From assembly GCF_006345805.1 (NCBI RefSeq), contig NC_043020.1, positions 25,792,001 to 25,856,000 on the forward strand: DNA of 64,000 nt, read 5' to 3'. The position numbers and the translations under genes are program-made. Source of the DNA: Octopus sinensis (taxonomy: Eukaryota). The notes beneath the pieces were generated by a model that searched no databases, was not told the origin of the DNA, and worked only from the letters and a program-made list of their open reading frames with translations. Of the stretch, positions 51,846 to 64,000 are shown piece after piece; the stretch's first letter is position 1, and each line of letters opens with the position of its first letter.

Positions 51846-52454
51846 TAAAAATTTAAAAATTATGTCATTTTTAAGGAAAGGAAAAAAAATTTTTCCAATA
51901 TTCTCCAGACATTTTGACACAAATATATATATTTTTTAACATTTAAGCCTTCTGTCGTTTTTACACTTTACTATTTCTTCTATATATATATATATATATA
52001 CTTGTGCATATATATACATGCACATATTATACACATACTCTACGCATGTGTATATATATGTATGTAATTACGCATGCACACTCACACTCACTCACTCACT
52101 CACTCATACACACACAAACTTATACGCATGCGCACACACATGTTATACGCCTGCCTGTTTCTACGTTTGTACATACAAATCCTAGTGGAGAGGTACATAT
52201 GTATTTATGCGCGGAAGCTTATATAAATGCAATCATAAAACGCATACGTTGATATACATACGAATCTATACATTTATATACGCACGTACATGCGTAGATG
52301 CATCCATCACACAAACATACATATACATACATACATACATATACATACATACGTACATACATAATACATACATACATACATACATACATGTATATATACA
52401 TACATATATATACATACATACATGTGTGTGTACGGTGGTACGCACATACGCACA

Positions 52455-52660
52455 TCTATATATCAATTTGTCTGTCCAACATCTCGTTCGAATCGAATCG
52501 ATTCATATAATTGCTGATCTCAAATTCCGGCATTGATTCTTCGAACAAAATCAATAATGGATTGATATTAGTCCTATTACTTTTAACTTCTTACCCCACT
52601 GACCCTCACCGAAGCGTATAACATTTGCAGTTGACATACCCTTAATAAGAATCAACGGCC
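52455..52660 (-). repeat. Unclassified ~200-230-bp repeat, copy 1 of 3 (others at 54625-54835 + and 57295-57500 +)
   Basis: Shared core TT(T)CAGATCAGCAATTAT..ATTCGATTC..GATTTGGA(C/T)AGAC. Confidence 0.75.
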
Positions 52661-52687
52661 GCATTATTCTCCCTCTCTTTCTTCTCC

Positions 52688-52724
<37 letters not shown>

Positions 52725-52833
52725 ATATATATACGTATATATATAATGTTTGTATGTATCTGTGTGCATGTGTTCTCATGCATATATACACACCATACAT
52801 GCTTACTGGCACCCGCAAAAATGTATAGCTATC

Positions 52834-52898
<65 letters not shown>

Positions 52899-54066
52899 CA
52901 TCTATCTATCTATCTATCTATCTAATCTATCTATCTACTTATCATCTCTCTCTCTCTCTCACTCTCTCTCTCTATCTATCTATTTATTGACCAGTCTATA
53001 TATGTATGTATGTATTTATAAAACTATAATCTCTCGATATATCGGTCCCTCTGAATATAGATAAACCCGTATATACATGTATGGATGTTACTTATATATA
53101 GATATATACATATGTAGATGTGTGCATAGATGAATACTTATCTATATACGTATATCCATGTTAAGCTACGCATGTGGAAGCATAGAAAATACATTTAGTC
53201 ATACACACACCAATCCACATCCTCTCTCTCACTCTCTCTCTCTGTATATATATCTATATATATGCATATATAAGCACACACCCACGCACACACACATGCA
53301 CATGAATCTTGTGAAGTATGGACAAATACGTACATTCATGCAATTACAGTCACACATCCATATATATATTTCTATGCGGAAACTACAAATCGTTCTTCCG
53401 ATTCTGTCATTTTTTTTGTATTCTTTGAGAGATTAAGATAAACGAAACAATAAAGTATATATATATATATATAAAAGAAAGAAATCGGTTTACAACAGGA
53501 AACACCAAACATATTTGTATGTCAGAAGAAGTTTTGATCGGATTCAGAAGAAAACAATAGCATATCATTTGTCGGCAAAAATTACCATTATTTCAAACGT
53601 AGTCTTGGAGGATAGATTTTGCAGTTAATAGAAAGTTCCTAGTATAGAACACTGAGAGGAGGAATAAAGCTCACCTCCTCCCGCTCCACCTCATGACGAC
53701 CACGCTCTGCACCTTTCTCTACGGCTTTTATGCGTTTTTTTCCTTCTTTCCGTCTCCTTTTCTTTTCCTGTTTCTCAATATCCGAAAACGCGAAAGACTC
53801 TTTCCTTTTTCCTTTCTCTTCAAACGTAAAACTAATAGCAATTTTGTAAAACATTGTTATTCTCGTGTTTTTTTTTCTTGTTCCAGTTCTTTCATCACAA
53901 GCATATGTCCACCGAACGGGAACGTGAAACTCCGAGTAACAGCTTTTGTTAAATTCCTGCTGCTTTTAAATAAAACATATTACTCTACCTCTGGTATTTG
54001 AATACTCTTTTTTCCACCTCGTTTCACATTTATGTGTTTACTCCTTTATACACACACACACACACT

Positions 54067-54102
<36 letters not shown>

Positions 54103-54232
54103 CAAAATAAGAAAATGGAGAAATACATCTTAATCAATAATCAACTACCAGATAATACCCAATCATATAATTTATTAAACCACTACGTATGAACATGCAT
54201 AGTATATATACATATATATATATATATTTATG

Positions 54233-54274
<42 letters not shown>

Positions 54275-54853
54275 TATTACATATATGCATGTGTGTGTGT
54301 TGGTGTGTGTCTCTGTGTTTGCGTGTGTGTGTATCGTGTTGCAAAATGATGTGCAAACTCCTGAAGAGCGAAAGGGCAGATTAATCTAACGATGGAGCAA
54401 TTCGAACGCAGAGCGCCAGAGTCGGAACGATGAGTGTAAAACATTGTGTCCGACGCCTTAAAAACTGTACTACCATCCACTAAGATATATATTTACACAC
54501 ACACATACATACACACGCACACACACACACACACACACGCACACACACACACTTATATGCTTATATGACTATACACACACACGCTCACACATCACTCTCC
54601 CACCATATGTAAACATCAATGCGACTATGGTTAATCAATAAAGGTGTGTGTGGCTGCAGAAGGTATATGAGTGATGTAGGGCTTGGCAGGGGTAAAGGAT
54701 TTAAACGTAAGAGGACTAATAGCAATCTAGTATTGAATATTTTCGAAGAATCGATACTGAATTTTCAGATCAGCAATTATATAATTCGATTCGATTCGAT
54801 TCAAATTAGATTTGGACAGACGCATTGACAAATTGATCTCCATTTATCTATCC

Positions 54854-54961
<108 letters not shown>

Positions 54962-55143
54962 GTCTGTCTATTTGTCTGTCTATCTGCTTGTATGTCTCTA
55001 TCTTAAACTCTTTCTCTGCATATATATATATATATTCGTTGTGCAAATACACACCAACAGCTGGGGAACACATACGCCATAAAAACCAGGAAGCCGGGCC
55101 CATGAGCCTGGCTAGGCTTTAAAAAAGGGCGCATTTATTTGTT

Positions 55144-55450
55144 GAGGCACATGGCCTAGTGGTTAGAGTATCGAACTCGCGGTCGAGGGATCGTGGGTTC
55201 GAATCTCAGACCGAGCGATGTGTGTGTTTATGAGCGAAACACCCAAGCTCCACGCGGCTCCGGCAGAAGGTAATGGCGAACGTTTGCTGACTCTTTCGCA
55301 AAAATTTTCTCTCACTCTTTCCTCCTGCATCTTGCAGCTCACCTGCGACAAACCGGCGTCCTGTCTAGGTGGAGAACCTATACGCCAAGGAAACCGGGAA
55401 ACCGGCCCTTATGAGCCAGGCATGGCTCGAGAAGGAACAAACAACAAACA
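55144..55450 (+). mobile_element. Full-length RTE-tailed SINE family C
   Basis: GAGGCACATGGCCTAGTGGTTAGAG..GGGTTCGAATCTC head; CCTGCGAC..CCGGCGTCCTGTC central motif; GGCTCGAGAAGGAACAAAC tail. Confidence 0.9.
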
Positions 55451-55509
55451 AACAGAACTAATCAGGAATTGAAAGACAACAGCCACAAAAACCACAACAG
55501 CAACGTCAG

Positions 55510-55805
55510 TGGAGGTGCAATGGCCCAATTGTTAGGGCAGCGGACTCGCGGTTTCGATTCCCAGACCGGGCGTTGTGTGTGTTTATTGAGCGAAAACACC
55601 TAAAGCTTCACGAAGCTCCGCAGGGGGTGGTGGCGATACCTGTTGTACTCTTTCGCTCCAACTCTCTCTCACTCTTTCCTCCTGCATCTTGCAGGTCACT
55701 TGCGACGAACCGGCGTCCTGTCCAGGTGGGGAACCTATACGCCAAGGAAACCGGGAAACCGGCCCTTATGAGCCATGCATGGCTCGAGATGGAACAGACA
55801 ACAAC
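55510..55805 (+). mobile_element. RTE-tailed SINE family C variant
   Basis: GAGGTGCAATGGCCC..GTTAGGGCAGCGGACTCGCGG..TTCGATTCCCAGACC; same tail as family C. Confidence 0.85.
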
Positions 55806-56331
55806 AATGCGTCAAACGACGTACTGAATTTCGTTGGGCAGCTGACGTCCCCAACAACGCATGACATTTGTTCCCTATTTCAATGGTCAATGTCACATTT
55901 GTAGGGTTACACCAGATGGTTTTCTATTCCCGAGAAAGCTCCAGCAGTATTCGTTATTTTTTAAGGTGTGGTTGTCTTTCTACTAATAACCATTTAAAGA
56001 TACTATATATCAGCGAAGGAATGATATATATTACTTCTCATTAGAAATAATTATGGCTACAATGGCAAGTTTCATGGGTGACTGAATGTGGGGTCGGATG
56101 TGTCTGTGCGAGTTTGTGTGTGCAACTGTCTACGTATTACGTGATGGTTATATACAAACAACGAAGATGTTCATGAGAAAATCTTACTGTGTAATTAACA
56201 AGCAAGGGTTGATGATAGGAAACAAATCCAGCCATAAAAAAAATCTGCCTCAATAAATTCCGACTGAACTATGCAAGCATGAAAAAGTGGTCACGTGACT
56301 GATAAAGGTAATAATACTTATATTATTATTA

Positions 56332-56373
<42 letters not shown>

Positions 56374-56412
56374 GTAGTAGTAATAATATATATATATGAT
56401 ATATATATATGA

Positions 56413-56443
<31 letters not shown>

Positions 56444-56553
56444 ATACATACATATACACGCTATACATACGTATGTATACTACATCTATCTATCTGTCTA
56501 TCTATCTATCCCTTTATCTATCTCTCTCTCTCTCTATTTTCTATCTATCTATA

Positions 56554-56658
<105 letters not shown>

Positions 56659-56785
56659 ATATACACCATATATTATGTATATGTATGTTATATATATATA
56701 TATCTTTATATGTGTGTGTATATATATATATATATATATACATATATATGTCTATATATAAACATATATACATTTACATACATAT

Positions 56786-56840
<55 letters not shown>

Positions 56841-57134
56841 GTTCTCAAATAACCTTTGCATTTGATTTTTTAATGTCTTTACCCCCATACTTTTTCGTGA
56901 GTTGAATTGAGCAAACACTATATGAGAGAGGTTTTCTTTAAGTATTAGAAATAGTTTTAAAAAAGTTTTTTTAGCTACTATTTCTAATGAGTTCAGTATG
57001 CGGCAAAGTAATTTATTTTACTAAGCCCTTTTATATAATGTAATAATTTGAATTCGCCTTAAATGGTCCCTTTGCATACTGAATACTTGGTGAAATTGAT
57101 TAATAATTAATTAATTTTACCCTCAATTGTTGAA

Positions 57135-57197
<63 letters not shown>

Positions 57198-57499
57198 TAC
57201 ATATTACATATATATGTGTGTGCGTGTGCATGTATATGTATATAGGTTCATATTGATGTATGAGTGTATGTATCATTATGAGCATCCACTTCGACAGGCG
57301 CCTCTTATTAAGGGTGTGTGGGTTGCAGAAGTTATATGCCTGGGTTAAGGTCAATTGGGGTAACAAGATAAATGTTATAGAACTAATAGGAATCTTTCAT
57401 TGATTTCGTTCCAAGAATCGGATGTCGAAATTTCAGATCAGCAATTATGCGATTCGATTCTATTCCAATAAGATTTGGATAGACAAGTTGATATATTGA

Positions 57500-57820
57500 T
57501 GTGCGTAGGTATATGTATGTATATACGTATGTATGAATGTATGTATGTATGTATGTATGTATGTATGTATGAATGTATGTATGTATGTATGTATGTATGT
57601 ATGTATGTATGTATGTATGTATGTATGTATGCATGCATGCATGTATGTATGTATGTATGTATGAATGTATGTATGTATTTATGTATGTATGTATGTATGT
57701 ATGTATGTATGTATGTATGTATGTACGTACGTATGTATGTATGTATGTATGTATGTATGTATGTATGCATGTATGTATGTATGTATGTATGTATGTATGT
57801 ATGTATGTATGTATGTGTTT
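57500..57820. repeat. (TATG)n microsatellite
   Basis: Direct reading. Confidence 0.95.
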
Positions 57821-58520
57821 ATACATATATGTATGCGAGCATGTATGGTTGTATGTATGGTTGTATATATATATGTATTCTCATACAAGGATGTATATAT
57901 GCATCCCTGGATACACATGTGTGAATAAATGTACGTATGCAAATGTTTATCAATGTATCTATGTATATGTATATGTATATATGTATGTATGTGCGTACAT
58001 ATGTATATATATATATATATGCAATCATGGATGTATCTATGCTTGTATATATGTATGTTCGCATGCGTGGATGCATGTATGTAAGTATGAATGTGTGCTT
58101 GTATGTATGTATGAATATATGTATATATGTATGCATGGCTGTATACTTGTAAGTACATACATATATAGCTATGTATGAATCTACGCTTGTATGTGTGTGT
58201 GCAGATATGCGTGTATACACACACATATATATATATATATATATGTGTGAGTGTGTGTGCATCTATACATTAGTGTATGCACATACGTATTAAATGAAAT
58301 GCGTACACTCATGTATGTCCCTATGTCTATGTATGCATGTTTGTGTATGTCTACATAACTATCTTCTCATATAATTGCATATAGCCACGAGTGTATTGCA
58401 GTGTGTGTGTGTGTGTGTGGCTGATTCTGCCAAAATATAATGATTTATACATATAAATATATATATTCATAAAAACAGATCATGAATATATATACATACA
58501 TATACATACTCACCTATACA

Positions 58521-58788
58521 TATGTCATCCCATAAACAATGCGATCTTTTCAATTGCATGAACTAAAAGTCGGAGAGGGATGGGATAAACTACCTGCATC
58601 AACTTGCTATAAAAGCCTTGTGCTTATTCTTAGTGCAAGTTTGAAGAGTGCAGTTTTGATTTTAACAGTTATTTTTTCAAAGTCAGGATGGAAGTGACAA
58701 ATGAGCATATTCGGCATATTTTGCTTTATGAGTTCAATAAAGGCAACAACGCAACAGAAAGTGCGTGGAATATTATTACAGCATCGTT
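58521..58788 (+). mobile_element. Mariner 5' fragment (TIR plus transposase N-terminus), truncated by a SINE
   Basis: GTCATCCCATAAACAATGCG TIR-like; ATG at 58688 gives MEVTNEHIRHILLYEFNKGNNATESAWNI, a mariner HTH N-terminus pattern. Confidence 0.8.
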
Positions 58789-59000
58789 TGTCTGGGACAA
58801 ACATAGAAACACACGCACACACATACACACACATACGACGGGATTCTTTCAGTTTCCGTCTACCAAATCCTCTCACAAGGCTTTAGTCGGCCCGGGGTTA
58901 TTGCAGAAGACAATTGCCCAAGGTGCCACGCAGTGGGACTGAACCCAGGAAGCATGGGTTTGGGAAGCAAGTTTCTTACCACACAGCCACGCTTGCGCCT
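58789..59000 (-). mobile_element. CORE-type SINE family B
   Basis: CGACGGGATTCTTTCAGTTTCCGTCTACC..TTGCCCAAGGTGCCACGCAGTGGGACTGAACCC. Confidence 0.85.
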
Positions 59001-59757
59001 ATTAATTGAATATAATTAAATAAAACAACACAACGAATATCACATAAAAAAAAACAGAGAATATTAAACCTGAGAATATAAATGAGAAGAATATGGTATA
59101 AATGCTTACAGACCTCACTAATACACGGATTGAATTTATCATTTCGATGCTAGTTTAAATGACCCTCACAAATGCTTACATGTAGCAGCACTTATTGTGA
59201 AAGCAGAGATAATTTTACGGGTATTATTACCGATTGGATAATCAACATTCTCGTTCATTTAAAATTCACGTATGCACAATCACTAACAAACGTGTAAGTC
59301 ATGTTGGGATTTTTTTTCTTCTCTTATTTACATTTAACCGTAAACATGGGGTACATTAAATGATTTTAAATGATTTTAAATAGATTAGAAATGAACAGAA
59401 ATGCAGATCATCCATTGCTTTTTATTTGTGCGTTTATTAATCTTTTTGGCGATGTCTGAATAATAATATTTACTCTAATCTCAATAAAACTTATTACGTA
59501 TAAAAGCTAGTGTCTTCTTTAAACAAAGATGGAGGCTTCTCACGTATCTCCGCGTAATAAGACAAGTAATTGCAATTCTCAGCAGCCATTTTAGCTTTTT
59601 TTTTTCTGCGTTTCATTTCTTCTTTTGCTCAATCATTCATTCATTCTACCTACTTCCGTCCTTTCATTTCTTTCCTTTTTTTCTTTCTTTTCCTTTCTTC
59701 CTTTCTTTCTTTCAATTTTTGTTTCAATCCTTCTTTCCTTCTTCCTTTTTCTTCCCT

Positions 59758-59809
<52 letters not shown>

Positions 59810-60025
59810 TCCTTCTTCCTTTCTTTCCTTGTTTCTTACTTTCTTTCCTTCTTTCTTTCTTTGTTTCTTTCTATTATTTTTCTGATGACGCCCTTTTCGA
59901 CAGAAATTTATTGTATATTTGTATGTATTTTCTAGAAAAGACACGCATTAAAGTATGGACGTACGTAGGTACGTATGTATGTATGTATGTATGTATGTAT
60001 GTATGTATGTATGTATGTATGTATG

Positions 60026-60056
<31 letters not shown>

Positions 60057-60214
60057 ACATGTATGTATGGATGGATGGATGGAATTATGTATCTGGGCAT
60101 ATAATGCATGTGCGTGTGTATGTGTTTAATCATATATTATTTCCTAAAACTCGAAGAAACGTATACACATCAATATATCTACATCTATTATCTATCATTC
60201 TATCTATCTATCTA

Positions 60215-60248
<34 letters not shown>

Positions 60249-60291
60249 AGATTATATATATATATATATATAATATATATCATATATATAT

Positions 60292-60322
<31 letters not shown>

Positions 60323-61032
60323 ACACTTAATTAAACGCTGAGACCGGTGTATGGCTGCGCAAGGTTACCATTTCGTAGAAAATGATGTTAAAACTTTAAA
60401 AAATAAGTTTTTCTTTTTGTTTATTAAACAAAACTAGCCCGGGAAAATTTTTGATACTACTTCTTATCCCAGCGTAAACTTTAGGAATTAACTGTAAATA
60501 AACGGCAATGCGTGTCTTACTCCAAAATTTGGCGCTGTTGATACGACAAGAGATATATTTTTACTTGGACTCGTATTGCTTTTATTACATGTTACATCGA
60601 TATAACATATGTTTAATCTCCTTCTAGAGCAGATATACAAATTACCTTCTGAACGAGACAGACAACCGAGTCCCTAAATTCCAAGATGGAAAAATAAAAA
60701 TGAGATTAAAACAAATAGTTGTATTGCAATTCTTTGGATATAATGGATGCGATCAGCATCTTCTGTAATATGTGGTTAAAATAATATCTCAGGTTGTGAC
60801 ATGATGTTGCTGCTAAAACAATATATAATATTACGGAATGAATATAGACAATACCTCTTGTGTGCTGTGCTTACACAAGTTTAAACACAAGGCATATTGA
60901 TCGCTTGTTCCCACTAAAATGTCTGCGAAATATTAACATAACAAACCCAATGTAATTTGTTGGGATAAAGAAATATAATGTATTGTCCAGCAGATATTAA
61001 ACATTCTATTAAGACCAGCGAGGAAGAAAATA

Positions 61033-61240
61033 TACAGGGTGTTCAAAAAGTCTCTCCGCAGTGAATTTGTTCATCCTGCGTATCACCATGGGGCTACTTC
61101 AAGAGTTTCTCGGTGAACGGATAATTTCAAATGGATTTTTATCACAAGATCACATGATTTAACACCACCAGACTTTTTTTTTCTAGGGAGCAAGTAAAGG
61201 ATTAATGATCAAAAATCGCCCGAAAACTATTAAATATTTA
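61033..61240 (+). mobile_element. Degenerate Tc1/mariner remnant
   Basis: TACAGGGTGTTC TIR-like start; RSHDLTPPDFF resembles the WPPRSPDLTP.DFFLWG catalytic motif. Confidence 0.6.
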
Positions 61241-61743
61241 CTGCGCCAAGACTTTTTGAAAACCATGTACAAATAGAACTGAATTTCAAAGCCTAAAGTT
61301 TCTCATATTGATTTATATATTATTACACATGCAACAATAAAAAAGGCCCTCCCAAATTCACCATTCTCGGTCTACTAAAATAGGGGAGGATTTCCACCTG
61401 CTTATAATCTATATAAAAACTTATATAAATTTCCCAATTATTGATATAATCAAGTATATATTATAAATGCACATATAATTGTATGTCATTTATACAGTTC
61501 AAACATTTATATTCGTACATTTGGGTTTGTTGCCGGTCACCAAGTTTTAGATTGCCTTATAATAGGGGAGATAACTACGTTCTGACGATAATACTTTCTG
61601 GGCGTTTTGTGTTGAGCCCTTGCTTTACGATAACACAAACGGAACACAGGGAAACAAAAGTGACGATGCATTTTGCTTTATACATACATACATACATACA
61701 TACTACATACATACATCATACATACATTATATATGTATATATA

Positions 61744-61843
61744 NNNNNNNNNNNNNNNNNNNNNNNNNNNNNNNNNNNNNNNNNNNNNNNNNNNNNNNNN
61801 NNNNNNNNNNNNNNNNNNNNNNNNNNNNNNNNNNNNNNNNNNN
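61744..61843. other. Assembly gap (100 N)
   Basis: Run of N. Confidence 1.
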
Positions 61844-62714
61844 AAGAAGAAGAAAGAAGAAGAAGAAGAAGAAGAAGAAGAAGAAGAAGAAGAAGAAGAG
61901 CAACCGTAATAATACAAGGTTAAATGTTTGCTATTAATGTTTGGGTTTTTTATTGATTTTTTTTGTGTATTATTTGCGGCAATTTTATTTTTCATCTTTT
62001 TCGTTTCAAATTTGACTTTCTGTGTTGTTTTTTTTTTTTCTTGTTTTCGCAATTTTATAACCAAATAATGAAACGCATTCCTAATTTATTTAGTGACGTT
62101 TCTTCATATTTTTCTGCCTGGGTCCTTAAAAGTGAAACAGGAAGACATCTTCTTCCTCTTCTCGTAAAGAAGTACAACCTTCCTCACTCCGCAACCTCCA
62201 TAATAAAAAAGCGAATAAATATTCAAAAAACATTCAGAAATATTTGTCGCAATGGTTTCTTCATAACAAACTAATTGTTTTCCACTGAGTTATATCATCG
62301 TTGCTATTGTTGCATTTCTCGCTATGTTTGATGATAATGCAAGCGTAACCGTTCTAGATGTTGGTATTGTTTTGCAGATTAACGCGTGATCTATCACACG
62401 TGACTCGGTATTCCAACAGTAGTACCCATGCAATCCCTTTCCCATGTGGAGGGAGGTCATTGACCACAATATCACTTTATCCAGTATATTATTTTATTAA
62501 ACATCAGAGAACGATTTGAGGGACATGCGCATGCCATTATATACAGCTCGGCAGACTTTACATTATTCACTTGGCTGATTGGAACTTTGCAGTTCAATAT
62601 CTGATATTTGTCGTTTTACTTGAAGATGACACTGAATATTGCATAGATGCTCTTTTGGCTTTCGTTGGTGTTGTGGGCAAAATTTAAGTCAGGGACCAGG
62701 TTTAGAGCTATATT

Positions 62715-62759
62715 TAAGCGGATTTCATAGACGGAAACTGAAAGATGCTTATATTAAAG

Positions 62760-62812
<53 letters not shown>

Positions 62813-63035
62813 CGTGTGTGTGCGCACCTGTGATTGTCTTCCAGTACTGCTAAACAAGTGGTGTGTGCGTATTTACGTTACCATAATGTAGCGGTTTGGC
62901 AGACACATATCGATATAATAAGTATCTGGTTGAAAAGAAAGATAGATACTGGGGCTGATACATTGGACTAAAACATTTTTCAAGGCGGTGCCCCAGCATG
63001 GACGGTGTTTAAATAGTAAAACAAGTAAAAATAAA
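62715..63035 (+). mobile_element. Degenerate CORE-type SINE family B, 3' part
   Basis: GACGGAAACTGAAAGA..TAGCGGTTTGGC..GGCGGTGCCCCAGCATGG..AAACAAGTAAAA. Confidence 0.7.
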
Positions 63036-63104
63036 GAAAAAGATACATTCATACATAAATACATACATATGTATATGTATACAAATACATATATATATAT
63101 AAAA

Positions 63105-63200
<96 letters not shown>

Positions 63201-63343
63201 TATATATTATATATATATATATTTATCAATATAGCGCGAGTGCGACGATTTGGCGCGAGTGCGACGATTTGAAAATTTTAGGTCAGATATTGACTTGGCA
63301 AGATTGGGTATGCCTCGTGTAAATATCTGTTCCGACTTGAGCT

Positions 63344-63450
63344 ATTTCTTGCTGAAGAATCCGAGGGCTTATGGAAGATTGGCTTGATTTAATTTAATCA
63401 GGTTAGTTTACCATTAAACAGCGGATGAAACGGTATACCGTACAAGAAAT
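63344..63450 (+). ncRNA. Type I hammerhead ribozyme, locus B unit 1 (predicted cleavage after 63442)
   Basis: AUUUCUUG / CUGAAGA / AUCCG..58 nt..CGGAU / GAAA / CGGUAUACCG / UA / CAAGAAAU. Confidence 0.88.
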
Positions 63451-63842
63451 TACAGGGTAAATGTTTTTTTAATTTTCTCCTGTTTACGGAATTAATCTTA
63501 TTTGCGGTAAGAGCTTTAGAAGCTTTGGCTGTTATTTCTAGTGGGTGAATGGCCTATTATGGCCGTTCCTTAATTGTTAATGTTGAACTTAAAAATGGTC
63601 TATGACTATTTAATTTTTTCCCACTGGGCCGCTGGTGGCAATAAAATTCTACAAAATTTTCCTTGCCACCCTATATTGATTAATTATGAATTTTTTGGTT
63701 AGTTCCGTAATGGAATCGGCGGCTGATATTTATTTGCTGCCGATAAATTTGGCGCGAGTGCGACGATTTGAAAATTTTAGGTCAGATATTGACTTGGCAA
63801 GATTGGGTATGCCTCGTGTAAATATCTGTTCCGACTTGAGCT

Positions 63843-63948
63843 ATTTCTTGCTGAAGAATCCGAGGGCTTATGGAAGATTGGCTTGATTTAATTAATCAGG
63901 TTAGTTTACCATTAAACAGCGGATGAAACGGTATACCGTACAAGAAAT
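63843..63948 (+). ncRNA. Type I hammerhead ribozyme, locus B unit 2 (predicted cleavage after 63940)
   Basis: Same as unit 1 with a 1-nt deletion in the stem II insertion. Confidence 0.88.
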
Positions 63949-64000
63949 TACAGGGTAAATGTTTTTTTAATTTTCTCCTGTTTACGGAATTAATCTTTAT

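Larger units (their letters stand above)
49239..51980 (-). mobile_element. Penelope-like element (Neptune-type), 5'-truncated, with ~770-bp inverted terminal arms (49239-50012 and 51209-51980)
   Basis: Minus-strand RT pieces (GLPKIHK, LRPIVAGP, SFDVVNLYTSIP, GIAMG, WKRFLDDCF); GIY-YIG IYVIKCSGCHQDYVGST preceded by the Cys motif KCGRSNCATCP; the 3' part is duplicated in inverted orientation; both flanks are TA-rich. Confidence 0.92.
63225..64000 (+). mobile_element. Retrozyme-like tandem array, locus B (498-499-bp monomer; continues past the window end)
   Basis: GGCGCGAGTGCGACGATTTGAAAATTTTAGG at 63252 and 63751; one HHR per unit; begins after a (TA)n tract. Confidence 0.85.

Noticed and set aside
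54355-54395. CUGAAGA GC GAAA motif
   Set aside because: No closed stem II before GAAA and no stems I or III
63234-64000. CRISPR-like or plain satellite interpretation of the tandem array
   Set aside because: No short repeat-spacer structure and the context is eukaryotic; the per-unit hammerhead with covariation argues against a neutral satellite

Overview
AT-rich eukaryotic DNA saturated with microsatellites ((TA)n, (TATC)n, (TATG)n, (CA)n, triplet mosaics) and interspersed repeats. The SINE families and microsatellite load point to a cephalopod (Octopus-like) intronic or intergenic region; this is inference, not a database match. I recognise no host protein-coding exon, and most ORFs in the track are microsatellite translations. 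Recognisable elements: three tRNA-derived SINE families (CORE-type, Nin/Deu-type, RTE-tailed); an apparently full-length but disabled CR1-clade LINE (~39174-44770) whose intact ORF1 has a Myb/SANT-like N-terminus and a CCCH finger; a 2.2-kb ORF1-only (HAL1-like) retroelement with a TSD inside a SINE (36219-38433); a Neptune-like Penelope element with ~770-bp inverted terminal arms (49239-51980); a second Penelope RT fragment; an R4/Dong-type RLE fragment; mariner/Tc1 remnants; a Helitron-like element; and a 150-bp-arm fold-back. The main hidden signal is RNA structure, with at least ten type I hammerhead ribozyme (HHR)-like motifs. The best case is a ~490-500-bp non-coding tandem repeat at two loci (2591-3335 and 63225-64000). 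Each complete monomer carries one HHR with compensatory base changes in all three helices and an unusual 58-nt insertion in stem II, which fits a circRNA-producing non-LTR retrozyme. Other HHRs show compensated core variants at the 3-8 pair (U3-A8 in the Penelope arms, G3-C8 at ~46.5 kb), and five different HHR-like motifs cluster within 46476-47501. Two 100-N gaps are present. All structures were folded by eye and none was tested computationally.
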